From the NCBI GenBank assembly GCA_030704615.1, contig CM060731.1, positions 4,588,001 to 4,652,000 of the forward strand: DNA of 64,000 bases. Reading direction: 5' to 3'. Numbering within the stretch: the stretch's first letter is position 1; the number at the start of each line of letters is the position of its first letter. The notes beneath the pieces are model-generated. The model saw nothing but the letters and a program-made list of their open reading frames with translations. It was not told the origin of the DNA and searched no databases. A program made the translations under genes and the position numbers. This document shows positions 52,201 through 63,218 of the stretch, in pieces. The stretch comes from Takakia lepidozioides (taxonomy: Eukaryota; Plantae; Bryophyta).

Positions 52201-55200
52201 TCTGGCTGAGCAACGCAGAGTGCGGAGTACACTTCCCTCAATGGTCTCTCTACCTACCGAGACGGTACAGGCAGTGAGTGGGGGCGAGCATGTGAGGACC
52301 ACGGGGTGCATGCATCCATGGCACACGTGGGAGGTGCTCGAGGTTCAGAGGGAGTTGGCAGCCAAGGCGACTGTGATGGATGAGGTTGGGGATTCTTCTC
52401 GGGTTGAGGAGGTCCTCAAGGATGAGATGATGGGGCAGGATGAGGCCTTGTCATTGACTGAGCAGGCAGGGAGTACTGCTCAAGAAGTTGCAACATAGCA
52501 ACCACTGGACGCGTCCTCTACCTCTAAGCCCACTGGACTTAAGGCAGTTACGGAGGACAATTGGGAGCCTGACATTGGACCGATTGTCACCGGAGGAGAG
52601 AGACGACGTATACGGCGGTTCCTGAGGGCTTACAGGAATTGCTTTGCCTTCAGTTTGAAGGACTTGGGAGCACTGAAGGGTCAAGAGATCCGTATTGAGT
52701 TGGCCACTGACACGCCAATCTTTCGGAGACCCTATAGATACAGTGACATGGAGAGGTCTTTGATTCAGATGAGGACTCAAGATCTCTGGGAGGCAGGTTT
52801 GGTGGAGCTCTCTCGTGGAGAGTATGCTTCAGCCACAGTGATGCCAACCAAGAAGGATGTCTATGGCAATTGGACGGAGAGACGTATGTGCGGTGATTAC
52901 CGGCCTGTAAATCGTCAGACCAAGTCCGATAAGTATGCCATGCCAACACCAGAGGAGATCTTTGATGCCATCGGGCATGCTAAGGTCTTTAGCACTTTGG
53001 ATTTACGATCCGGATATCACCAGTTGCCAATCAAGGAGGCGGACAAGCAGAAGACGGCATTCTGGGGGATCAATGAGCACGGCAAGGATTGCCTATATCA
53101 GTGGCGGTTCTTACCATTTGGGCTTAAGAATGCTCCTGCAGAGTTTCAGAGAGTCATGGATAGGATTCTAGCAGGGGTGGACTTTGCTCGGTGCTACATA
53201 GATGACATCATCATCTTTAGTGTTACGATGGAGGAGCATGAGAGACACCTTCAGGTGGTATTGGAGTGCTTGAGAGCGCACGGATTGAAGTTGCATCCGG
53301 GGAAGTGCAAGTTTTTCCACAACCAGATTGAGTATCTGGGTCACATGATATATCCTGGAGGATTGGGGGTACAGCAGACTAAGGTAGAGGCCATTGCACA
53401 AATTCCACGCCCCACGGATGTGAGCCGAGTTCGAGCTTTCATGGGGTTGGCAAACTATTATAGACGGTTTGTCAAGGGATTTAGTACCATTGCAAAGGCT
53501 CTAACCAAGCTGACCAAGGTGGACCAGGAGTGGCAGTGAGAAGATGGCTGCAGAGGCTAAGTACAGCTCATATGAGGGAAAGTGCTTAGCTATAGTGTGG
53601 GCCGTGGCACACTTCAGGTGCTATCTATATGGCAATCTTTTCACCCTTGTCACGGATCACCAGCCACTCAAGTGGTTGATGGAGTCAGACAAGCTTACGG
53701 GGAAGCTTGCACGGTGGGCACTTATACTCCAGGAGTATGACTTTCAGGTTGTGCATCGACCGGGTTTGGTCAATCGGGATGCGGATGGATTGAGTCGCAA
53801 TCCATGCATGAGCCAGCAGGATGACACTGGAGCTCGGTGGCATGGTGAGACGGACGAGGAGATGGTGCCGGGATGGCACGCATCTGCATTTTTGTGTATC
53901 TTGGCATTGGGAGGTCAGATTGGACCTACAACAGGGATGACTGTAGACGGAGTGTCTGAGGACCCTGAGGCTAGTGATGAGCTAGGTGGTGCCAGAGATA
54001 TACATGAGGATTCGGCTGTGTTGGACTACCTCCGCACGGGAGACACGGCAGCCATTGTGACTGCCAGGGAGAGGGATCGGATCCTGCAACGAGCCAAGAG
54101 GTTCAAGTGTGAGGGGATACACCTACTTCGAGTGTGGGAGGATGGTCGGGTGAGGATTGTGCCTCACCCCACACAGCGTGCACGGTTAGTGCGGCATGCC
54201 CATGAGGAGTTGGGGCATTTTGGAGTGCGACGCACTCACAATTTACTGCAGGGGCAGTATTGGTGGCGTGGTATGCATACAGAGGTGCAACAGTTCATGG
54301 CTAGGTGCATGGTGTGTGACAGGGTGCGTGCTTCATTCAACGCCCCTACACCACAGTTGCATCCTTTACCAATCATGGGATTGGGCTACAGGTGGAGTCT
54401 TGACTTCGCAGGACCGTTGCCACTGACTATGCGCCACCACAGATATGTGTTGGTGATGGTGGAGCACTTCTCCAAGTGGATTGAGTTGGTTCCATTGCCT
54501 GACAAGGCTAGTGAGGGGGCTGCGTATGCATTCTTGGATCGTGTGCTTAGCCGATTTGGTGCTCCAGCTGAGGTACTCACGGACCAAGGGAGAGAGTTTT
54601 TGGGGGAGTTTCAGGCTTTGTGTGATAAAGCCTTGATAGACCACCGCACCACTTCTCGGGATCATCCTGAGGCCGATGGCTTAGCAAGAGAGTTGTTCAG
54701 ACGGTGAAGAGGGGTTTGCGCAAGTATGGCTTGCAGAAGGGACACCTAGGAGATTGGGATCTTCAGGTTCCTTGGTTAGCCATGGGCTACAGGTTCAGCA
54801 AACAAGCATCACTTGCCTCCTTCTCACCATATTTCCTTCTCTTTGGCCGAGAGCCGGATTTGCCTGCAGCCATTCGTAGGGACACTGCTCAAGTCCTTAA
54901 CCTTGACGATCCGGACGTGTGGGTACGTGCATGTGATCAGCGTGCAGAGTTGTTCAAGAAAGTCATGCCCATGGCTTTTGAGAACCTTGCCATTGCACAG
55001 CACCGTGATACGTTGAGGTATGCCACTATACGTGGTGGAGGATATCGTCCTGGGGTTCGGAGGTTTAGCCCTGGTGACTATGTTTATTTGCAGCAGACTG
55101 CTCCTACGACTCTGGATGTTACTGCAGGGCGTGTTATTCTGAGGGTTCGAGAGGTGTTGCCCTCAGGGGTCCTGATCTTGGAGGGTCGGGATGGCATGAC

Positions 55201-55297
55201 TTGGAAGGACCATGTGCGTAATTGTGCGCCATGTCACCTTCCCAATGTCGATGGCAGAGTTGACCCAAACTTGGCAGTGGTACCTGCAGGTTTGAGG

Positions 55298-55432
55298 TGC
55301 ATGCTCTGTGGGTCTGCCAAAGGGGCAGCCACCATGCTGGTGTGTGATCGATGCTCAAGGGGTTGGCATATGGGATGCTTGACACCACCTCTTGAGAAGG
55401 TTCCTGACGGAGATTGGTTGTGTCCACACTGC
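55298..55432 (+). other. PHD finger (C4HC3) at the integrase C-terminus
   Basis: CMLC...VCDRC..GWHMGC.....VPDGDWLCPHC. Confidence 0.92.
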
Positions 55433-55701
55433 TTGGGATAGTGGCAGTGGACATGACTGGAGGCAGCTAACAAGACATGGGAGGCCAAGCTCATAGGAGT
55501 CAATACATGAGATCTCAAGCTCAAGTTCACAGGTTGCAAGACGGCGACTAATGATGGGGCAACTCTTGCACCCGGCCTCTTGATCTATCGAGTTTGAGTG
55601 TAGTAGGGATAGTGGTGGAGGACTTAGTGAGGCTATGGTCACTATCACATCTTGTGGCTACCTGGACTTAGAGGGACCTAAGCACCAGCTAGGGGGGCGA
55701 T

Positions 55702-56407
55702 TGTGTGGACTAGTGACTGCCATAGTGGGCAGCATAGTGGCAGCCTAGTGACTGACTAGTTGTAGCCTAGTGGTTGGACTAGTGGCTGGACTAGTGGTGG
55801 ACTAGTGGTATACTAGTGTGTGGTGTGCACATGTGTTGTGTGGTTTTGGACAGCGATGTAGTTGTGTAGCGATATGTATGCGCACGACAGCTGTCAAGTT
55901 ATTTACCACTAGTGTGAAACTAGCTAGGAAATAGCTAGCTTTTACATATTGACATTTGGGATTGGCCCAAGTGTCAATCCAGGGGTCAAGGCAGATTTAG
56001 GCTCTGGAGTGGTTATCTTCACGGCAAGCGCGGGAGGCTCATCTTTCTCGAGTTGAGCCTCACCGCGCCTAGCTATGGCCCGTAGTGTGGATTCCCCATG
56101 GCGTGGGGTGCACTTGGCTTGACTTGTATTTGAGTGATGAGGTTATATATGCATGAGTTTATGCTTCAGCTTTGTGAGCTCGCATGAGCTTGTGCTTGTA
56201 TTCTTCTTCTTTATCATTGTGTGGACTAGTGACTGCCATAGTGGGCAGCATAGTGGCAGCCTAGTGACTGACTAGTTGTAGCCTAGTGGTTGGACTAGTG
56301 GCTGGACTAGTGGTGGACTAGTGATATACTAGTGTGTGGTGTGCACATGTGTGTTGTGTGGTTTTGGACAGCGATGTAGTTGTGTAGCGATATGTATGCG
56401 CACGACA
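55702..56407 (+). repeat. 3' repeat block: B(55702-55889) - GC - A'(55892-56216) - T - B'(56218-56407)
   Basis: B and B' differ by one substitution and a 2-nt indel; PPT AGGGGGGCGA precedes B. Confidence 0.95.
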
Positions 56408-57480
56408 GAGGCATTATGGACTCCCTCTCTTGATCCTCTTTTAGAAGTTGTGGTCATGGTTGAGGTGCCTGATTTAAATCAAGGCTGCCAGGCCTACAAT
56501 GCACACAAACATGATGTGGCCGGGCTGAACCCCTTCCCCCATCTTTTGCTCATAGGTCTCCAAAGCCTCCATCCCATGTCCCTACTGTGCATACCCTGCA
56601 AGCATCGCACTCCACGACACCACATCTCGTCCAGCCATAGTGTTGAACACTCCCTTTGCATCCTCGATGCACCCACATTTTGCATACATGTCCACTATGG
56701 TATTGTTCAAAATGACATTTGGTACAATTCCAGATCTGAAGATGTCACCATGGACCTCCTTCCCCCTTTCCAGAGCTGCCAGGGCAGTGTTTAGAATGAC
56801 ATTAGGTACAATTCCAGCTTTGATGATATCCCTATGCACCTCTTTGCCCTTCTCCAGGCCTGCCAGGCCTGCAATGCACACAAACATGATGTGGCCGGGC
56901 TGAACCCCTTCCCCCATCATTTGCTCATAGGTCTCCAAAGCCTCCATCCCACGTCCCTCCTCCTTCCCCCTTCCCAAAGCTGCTAGGGCAGTGTTTAGAA
57001 TGACATTAGGTACAATTCCAGCTTTGATGATATCCCCATGCACCTCTTTGCCCTCTCCAGGGCTGCCAGGCCTGCAATGCACACAAACATGATGTGGCCG
57101 GGCTGAACCCCTTCCCCCATCTTTTGCTCATAGGTCTCCAAAGCCTCCATCCCGCGTCCCTGCTGTGCATACCCTACAAGCATCGCACTCCACGACACCA
57201 CATCTCGTTCAGCCATAGCGTTGAACACTCCCTTTGCATCCTCGATGCACCCACATTTTGCATACATGTCCACTAGGGTATTGTTTAGAATGACATTTGG
57301 TACAATTCCAGCTCTGAAGATGTCACCATGGACCTCCTTCCCCTTTTCCAGAGCTGCCAGGGCAGTGTTTAGAATGACATTAGGTACAATTCCAGCTTTG
57401 ATGATATCCCCATGCACCTCTTTGCCCTTCTCAAGGGCTGCCAGGCTTGCACAAGCATTGCAATGCACACAAACATGATG
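56408..57480 (-). pseudogene. PPR fragments, continuation of the interrupted cluster; internally tandem-duplicated
   Basis: Same PLS motifs; the unit at about 56485-56960 recurs from about 57060. Confidence 0.9.
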
Positions 57481-57979
57481 TGAGAGGGCAAAACAGGCTG
57501 AAATAGGTCAAAGAAGAAGGTGCCCTCACCACATTGTCCTTGAGCTTGTGTCATGACTTGACCGACCATCAACCCACAAGGACCTCTTCTGTGTGCTGCT
57601 TGTGTCTGTAGTCAGGTAATGTTGGATTGGTTTGTGAGATCGAACCACCACGGTGCAGCTGAGTAGGCAGAGATTGAAACACGGTCTGCTAAGACCAAGC
57701 TGACTCTCCCAAGAACGGCGAGCTCGCAAGAATGTTGCGAGCTTCTCCTCATCTCATCTCCTCCTCCTCTTCTCCTTCCCGCATCATTTGCTCAATGCCT
57801 CCATCCCACGCCCCTGCATATCCTGCTATCATCGTGTTCCATCCCTCGCCTACATGGTGTGGCGAAGGAGACAAAAAAACGCCAAGTCCCAGCCCTCCTC
57901 TGTGTTCACGATTACCCTAATGGGCAACCTTATTAGCAACTTTTTGACTTTTTAACCTTTTGCACTTTGATTCATTCTA

Positions 57980-58355
57980 GATCAGAGGCTAAAATCCTCC
58001 TACCAGGCTGTCTAGAAAACCAAAACACCACGTAGACAAACATTTGATAGTGGTAGTAAAACATATTACCATTGGGCTGGTTTGAACACATTAGTAAAGT
58101 TATAGTAGAAACTTTCACTTTGAGTTATTGAAATTGAAATATATATTACCAATTATATTTTCAGAATTACAACTGTCAATGTTTGACTTTGACAGAATAA
58201 AGGACTCTGTAGTGAAACTTTTGATAGTTGTAGTGAATTGTTTTATTAATATCAGCACATTTCACTACGTGGTGCTAGAAAATAGTGAAAAGTGACAAAT
58301 AATGAAATTCATAGTGAAATACCGACGGTGCTGAAAACCATAGTGTGTTGTAGTG
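57980..58355 (-). mobile_element. CACTA right end of a second subfamily (GTAGTGAA subterminal repeats)
   Basis: ...CATAGTGTGTTGTAGTG ends at 58355 (reverse complement CACTACAAC). Confidence 0.6.
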
Positions 58356-58619
58356 GCCTCGCTATGCCTATCCTCGCCCCTTCCTGCATCATTTGCTCAA
58401 GAATAGGTCTGCAAAGCCTCCAACCCACGCCCCTGCACATCCTGCGATCATCGCGTTCCATGCTCTAGGCTCATGGATACTAAGAAAACATATGGTGTGG
58501 CGGGAGACAAAAAAAAAAACCCAAAAGGAGGCCAAGTCCCAGCCCTCTGTTCACGGCTGGCACCCTAATGGGCAACCCTATAAGCAATTTTTTGAAAAAA
58601 TTTAACATTTTGCACTTTT

Positions 58620-58993
58620 GATCATTGATGAATGAAATTACCCAATAGATGAATACATTCGTGTGTGTGCCTTCAAAATGACACGTGTATTGACGCAGTC
58701 GTATAATTAGAGCTGTGAAACCAAATTCAGTCATGAAGTCATACGATTCTAGGAAAATTCATCCACGTGTCGTCCTCGATATGACGTGAGTCATATTAAC
58801 CATCCCTGTCATCGTGGTCAACAATGTTTGACCAATGCTCCCTACCTTTCCGGAGTCATGTAGTGATATCCATTACCACAGAGTAATAAAACTATGACTG
58901 TAACGCATTTCAGTGTTCTGTAGTCGTGTACCTAATGCCGTTTTTATGACTCCGCAAAAGTCGTAGTCCTAAAAACGCTCATCTCTTGTAGTG
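58620..58993 (-). mobile_element. CACTA right end matching the 39526 left end
   Basis: AAAAACGCTCATCTCTTGTAGTG; ATGACT/AGTCAT subterminal motifs. Confidence 0.8.
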
Positions 58994-61900
58994 ACTAAGA
59001 GCCACTTCACCTTGCGGCTACTGCCCCCTTTCGGGGGTAGGCCCCAGAAGAAATACAGGTGTCCTGTAGGACACCAGGTAACCGTAGAAATAGATGTACA
59101 AATGGTACCCCTGGGTACCCTGGGGTACCGAGGGTACCGTCGTAGAGCTGGATTCCAGTTGGCGTTTGTTGGTGATAATAGTGGTGAGGGAACGGAGCGC
59201 CGTGAGGTGAATTGCTTTGAAACATTTATGGATAGGGGGGATGGGGATTTTGAAGTTATTATGTATAGCATCGATACTAGCATTGTGGATGCCACCTCTA
59301 GTTCCAGCAGTGATGACGGTTAGTGGGCCAGTGTTCCAGCCTTGTCGGCGGATTGCAAGGATGAGCGGGGCATATTTCTACCGTTTTTCCAAGATAGAGT
59401 CGTGGGGGTATCGATCATGACAGTATGTAAATTCAATGAAATGGATGGTGAGTTTGTGAGGATGGTGTAGTGGGTGGCGGGGTGTTAGTGGGTAGGCCTA
59501 AAACCAGTAGAATATCCGGGCAGAGCCTAGCGAGGCAGGTGCATGGTGATCGGGTACACGTACAAGGAAGCAACCATGGTGGTACAGTGTGGTCTGGGGG
59601 CCGGCCTTGGTAGGTACCGGCGTTAATGAGTGAGAACCATCTAGTTTCAGCACGGCTTAGAAAGAGTTTATGGAGGTGCCAGACTGCGTGATTGTGGCAA
59701 GTGATATGAAGGCCATGAATGATTGGATGGGTACATTGACTGAGGAGGTGTGGCCAGGTGTCACATTCATGGTGGGTATTTGAGCATAATGGGCAGTATG
59801 GTGATGGGAAGAGATGCGGCCAAAAGATATGTTTACGCTGGTGGCCCATGTATTGGGCGTACCTGAATTTGAGTGTTTGTCGGATTTGTGCATCAGTAGT
59901 GACTTTGGTGTGCCAAAAGTAGTTTGATAGCTTGTGATGGAGCACTATGGACTGAGTCCTTTTCTAGATGTGTACTTTGGTGTGGCTTATAGATGCAGCT
60001 TATTTGTTAGCTTCACGGGTGAGGGTTTTCAGAAGATTGCGGATGGGTCAGGGTCTGGGGGGTCTGGGACTGGGTGTATGAGCCAAAAGGGGTGGGTATG
60101 AGCGATGTGAATAAGGTCGTCTATGGGGTCCACAGGGGGGTTTAGAAGCACCTGTTTGGGCAAGCAGGTCTACTGCCTCATTCCCCTTGATACCAGTGTG
60201 TGAGTGAACTTTGAGGAAATGGACGGGGTGGCCTTTGGAGATAGCGAGCGTGACAATGGCCGCAATGAGATTGCGGTCTGGGTGGTGATGGTGGGAGGAG
60301 GGACGGGAGATGTGGTTCCGGATAAGGAAGAGTGAGGTAAGACTATCTGTAAAGATATAATATGGGGGGGGGGAGGCATCGAGCAAAGAAAGTGCTTCGA
60401 GAATAGCCATAAGTTTGGCACGCAAAATGGTGGCGGGGCCGGGGAGCCTGAGGGCAGTGCCCTGGTTAGTGGTGGCGTGGTATACACCGTAGCCGGGTAA
60501 GTGAGCCATCAGTATAATGAGAGTTGGGTGGGGAGTATCTGAGGGGAATTTTTTGTCGGTATATTGGGGGGATGGGGGTATAAGTATTGGTAGATTGGCC
60601 TGGGGGGAGGGGGGGGTGCGGCAACACCCTCCCCCAGGCTTTGTTTGGTTTGATGTTGGGAAACGGGGCCGATGAGTAGGTACATGAGGGGGTGGGAGAG
60701 CTGTGGGTGTTTGGGTGATGCGTATTAGCTTTCATTTTATGCGTCAGGGTTAGCAGGCGGTTTAAGTGATCCAAGAAGGATGTTGGTATATTGGGGGGGG
60801 AAAAGTGTTGGACATGTAGAATTAAGGTGAGAGAAGGTTCCTTCAGCCGGAGGTATTTGGGAAGGGGTGGGCTGTGTACGTATTTAAGCTGGTTTGGTTT
60901 GATTGTGGCTAATAGATTAACACCCTTCGAGAGGCGTAGGAGGGGGTGAGAGTCGTTAAGAGATTTTTGTTGTGTGAGTATAAGTATTGTTAGCGCATGA
61001 GGAGATGAGTGGGCGGCAAAGCGCGCCCATTGGAGAGCTTCGTGGATGGAAGTGCCAAGGGGGGGGAGGCAAGGCCTCTGTCAGCCCAGGTGTGTTGAGT
61101 GGCAGTGCATGTAGCTCCAAAGATGGAGTCCCTATGGTGTGGGCTGGAGAATGTGTTTAATTCTATAGGGCATGTGAGCTGACTGGAGTAGTATGAGTGA
61201 GTGAGGTGGAATGAGTTGATAAGTAGTGCAAGAATATCCCGGGGAACAGTGTTGTGGGCGCATGCCGTTTCCAATCTGTTGACAGTATGTGGTTTCTTAG
61301 GGGGGGCATCTTTGAGGTAACGGTCAACAAGCCAACACAATTCGGTGGCAAAGTCTTGTTTGGGAGGTTGTAAGATGTGCGGGTTTGTGTATGCAGTAGA
61401 ATACATGTCCCATAGCCATGCTAGCTGATTATTGGGGATATGGCCCATGAAGCGCCCATATTGAGCGTAGATATTGGAGAAGCGGGGGCCGGTATATATT
61501 GTTGGCAGGTCATGTGCGATGTCCTTATCAGGGTTGCATTTGGTGATACATACGTGTATATTGGGGGCAATGATCGGGTTGTGTACGTATCGATTGTCTA
61601 TAGGTTGGGCAGGGGAGGCATGTTGTTGATGGATCCAAGAATAGCTTCAATAATGAAGGCGTTGGGGTTTTCGGGGTGGTGTGGGGAGGTTGAGGGAGAC
61701 GTGGGAGGGGTTGGTTGGAAATGGGTAGGGGTCCTTGACAAGTCATTGTAGGGGATTGGTGTAAGGTGAGGGTTGTTGTGGTCAGGTAATTCAGAAGTTT
61801 GCATAGAGGGCGACTGAGAGGGTGAGTTGGATGTGGTGGGTGCGTAGGTGTTATTATCATATGACGCTTTAAGTTTTTGGAGTATGGAGGCAGCTAAGGT

Positions 61901-63041
61901 AGTTATGTATTGGGGTAGCAGGTCTTGGGGTGTGTGGGGAAAGTGGGAACAAGGGAACTCACAATCAAGGGTGCATGATGCTGAGGGATAGCAGAAAAGA
62001 GTGCAAAGATGGTGTAGGTATCGGCTTGTTTTGGCCGTAGCTCTTGAGTATTTAAGGGTAAATTCACTTGGCTTCAGGAGACGGTGCCCCGCGGCGGTGG
62101 TGAGTTGGGTGAGAGTGGTGATGTGCCGCTCTTTGAAGTAGGTGAGAATGGGTATTTTTTGTTTAGGATGAGAAATTTCGAACTGAGAAAGAAAGGGGCT
62201 TGTGAGCCATGCCCTTTCTAGTATTGACAAGATATTAGGGTAATTCGGTAGGTTTGTATACTAATTTTCATTTGACGTTGTATGAGTAATGTACGTGCGG
62301 TAGGAGAGTGAAGGCAGGCTTGTGGGTGTAGTGATGATAGAGAGTAGAGTCCATTGTACTTTAAGGCAAGGAACTTAAGGAGTCCTTGGTAGATTAGGCC
62401 TTCCATTAATTGTGTGCCTAAGGTGCGAGCATATGAGATGATTAAGGGGCTTGAGCCAATCCCGTAGCTGTCAGTGGGAAGTTGGGTGAGGGCATTAGGG
62501 GTGCTGGTAGGTAGGCCACAGACACGCTTCGTGAGTTGAATAATACTCTTGTCCAGTTTTTTTAATGTGTGGGAGGGAGAAGGGTGCGACATGAAACGAA
62601 TATTGGAGTTGGGTTCTTAGTACTGATTGTATGATTGACAGTTTAGGTCGGATGGCAATGGGGGATTTGAGGAGAGCCAAACTTTTGTTGGCTAGTTTGG
62701 ATGATGTGGAGTCTTTTTGGACGTGCCAGGTGAGGGAGGGGACCAGTTGGATGCCCAGGTAAGTGTATGGTTCATCTGGCCCCAGGAAGGGGAAGGGTTG
62801 GTTCTGGTAATGCACATAAAGTTTGCAGTGGGAGGCGATAGCAGTCTTGGTGAGTCGGCTATGATGTGTTGTTGCGGTAATGGCACATTTGTGGAGACTA
62901 AGTTCCATACCGGACCATTGGTTGAAGCGGTATAGTTTGGTAACTTGTCAATTTAGGTGTTGCGGTTTATGAGCGAGGATAGCGAGGTCATCGGCGTATG
63001 CAACAGCGGATATTTCGCTTGAGGAGGTTTCATACTGGTAG
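58994..63041 (-). mobile_element. Decayed non-LTR retrotransposon with RT, RNase H, Zn finger and restriction-like endonuclease (Dualen/RandI-like architecture)
   Basis: AYADDL, YTYLGI; YTDGS...IFTDS...KVHSHTGIKGNE; CPLC...HLLSQC; PDILL...FIEF.YC. 5' part cut by the CACTA end at 63042. Confidence 0.75.
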
Positions 63042-63218
63042 CACTACTACGTTTAGGGGGGGTTAGCGACGCCAGGACCCCGGACGTGCTAGACGCGCCG
63101 ACCCCCCTGCGACTGTAGCGTCGCGCAAGCGCCCGGCCCGGACTTGCGACGTCGGGGCATCACAACACCGGCGCTCAAACGACGTTGTGGCATCTTGCGA
63201 TGCCATGCCGTCGCCGGA
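63042..63218 (+). mobile_element. Left end of a non-autonomous CACTA related to 41756-43067
   Basis: CACTACTAC...GGGGGGG..GCGACGCC, with GCGAC repeats. Confidence 0.75.

Larger units (their letters stand above)
50346..55441 (+). pseudogene. pol: pol: PR - DNMT - RT - (partly deleted) RNase H - integrase - PHD
   Basis: LLDSGA; MTase motifs; YIDD; TDHQPL; HHCC; SLDFAG, TDQG; PHD. A few stops and frameshifts. Confidence 0.9.
44523..56407 (+). mobile_element. Ty3/Gypsy element encoding a C5 DNA methyltransferase and an integrase PHD finger, with split (A...B-A-B) LTRs
   Basis: TGTC...GACA ends; GAGG TSD at 44519-44522 and 56408-56411. The paralogous empty site is visible at 43568-43590. Confidence 0.93.

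Noticed and set aside
44523-56407. DIRS/Ngaro tyrosine-recombinase retroelement, suggested by split repeats plus a methyltransferase
   Set aside because: It encodes an aspartic protease and an HHCC/DDE integrase, has a TSD, the MTase is C5-type rather than adenine-type, and no YR motifs were seen.
55702-56407. B-A-B as an assembly artefact or tandem/solo-LTR recombination product
   Set aside because: B/B' and A/A' carry small differences, the outer ends are TG/CA with a TSD confirmed by a paralogous empty site, and a second family shows the same layout. Read-level confirmation is still needed.
39523-58996. One intact 19.5-kb CACTA element
   Set aside because: The flanking triplets (TAA vs ACT) differ and an extra right end lies at 58355, so the ends are reported separately.
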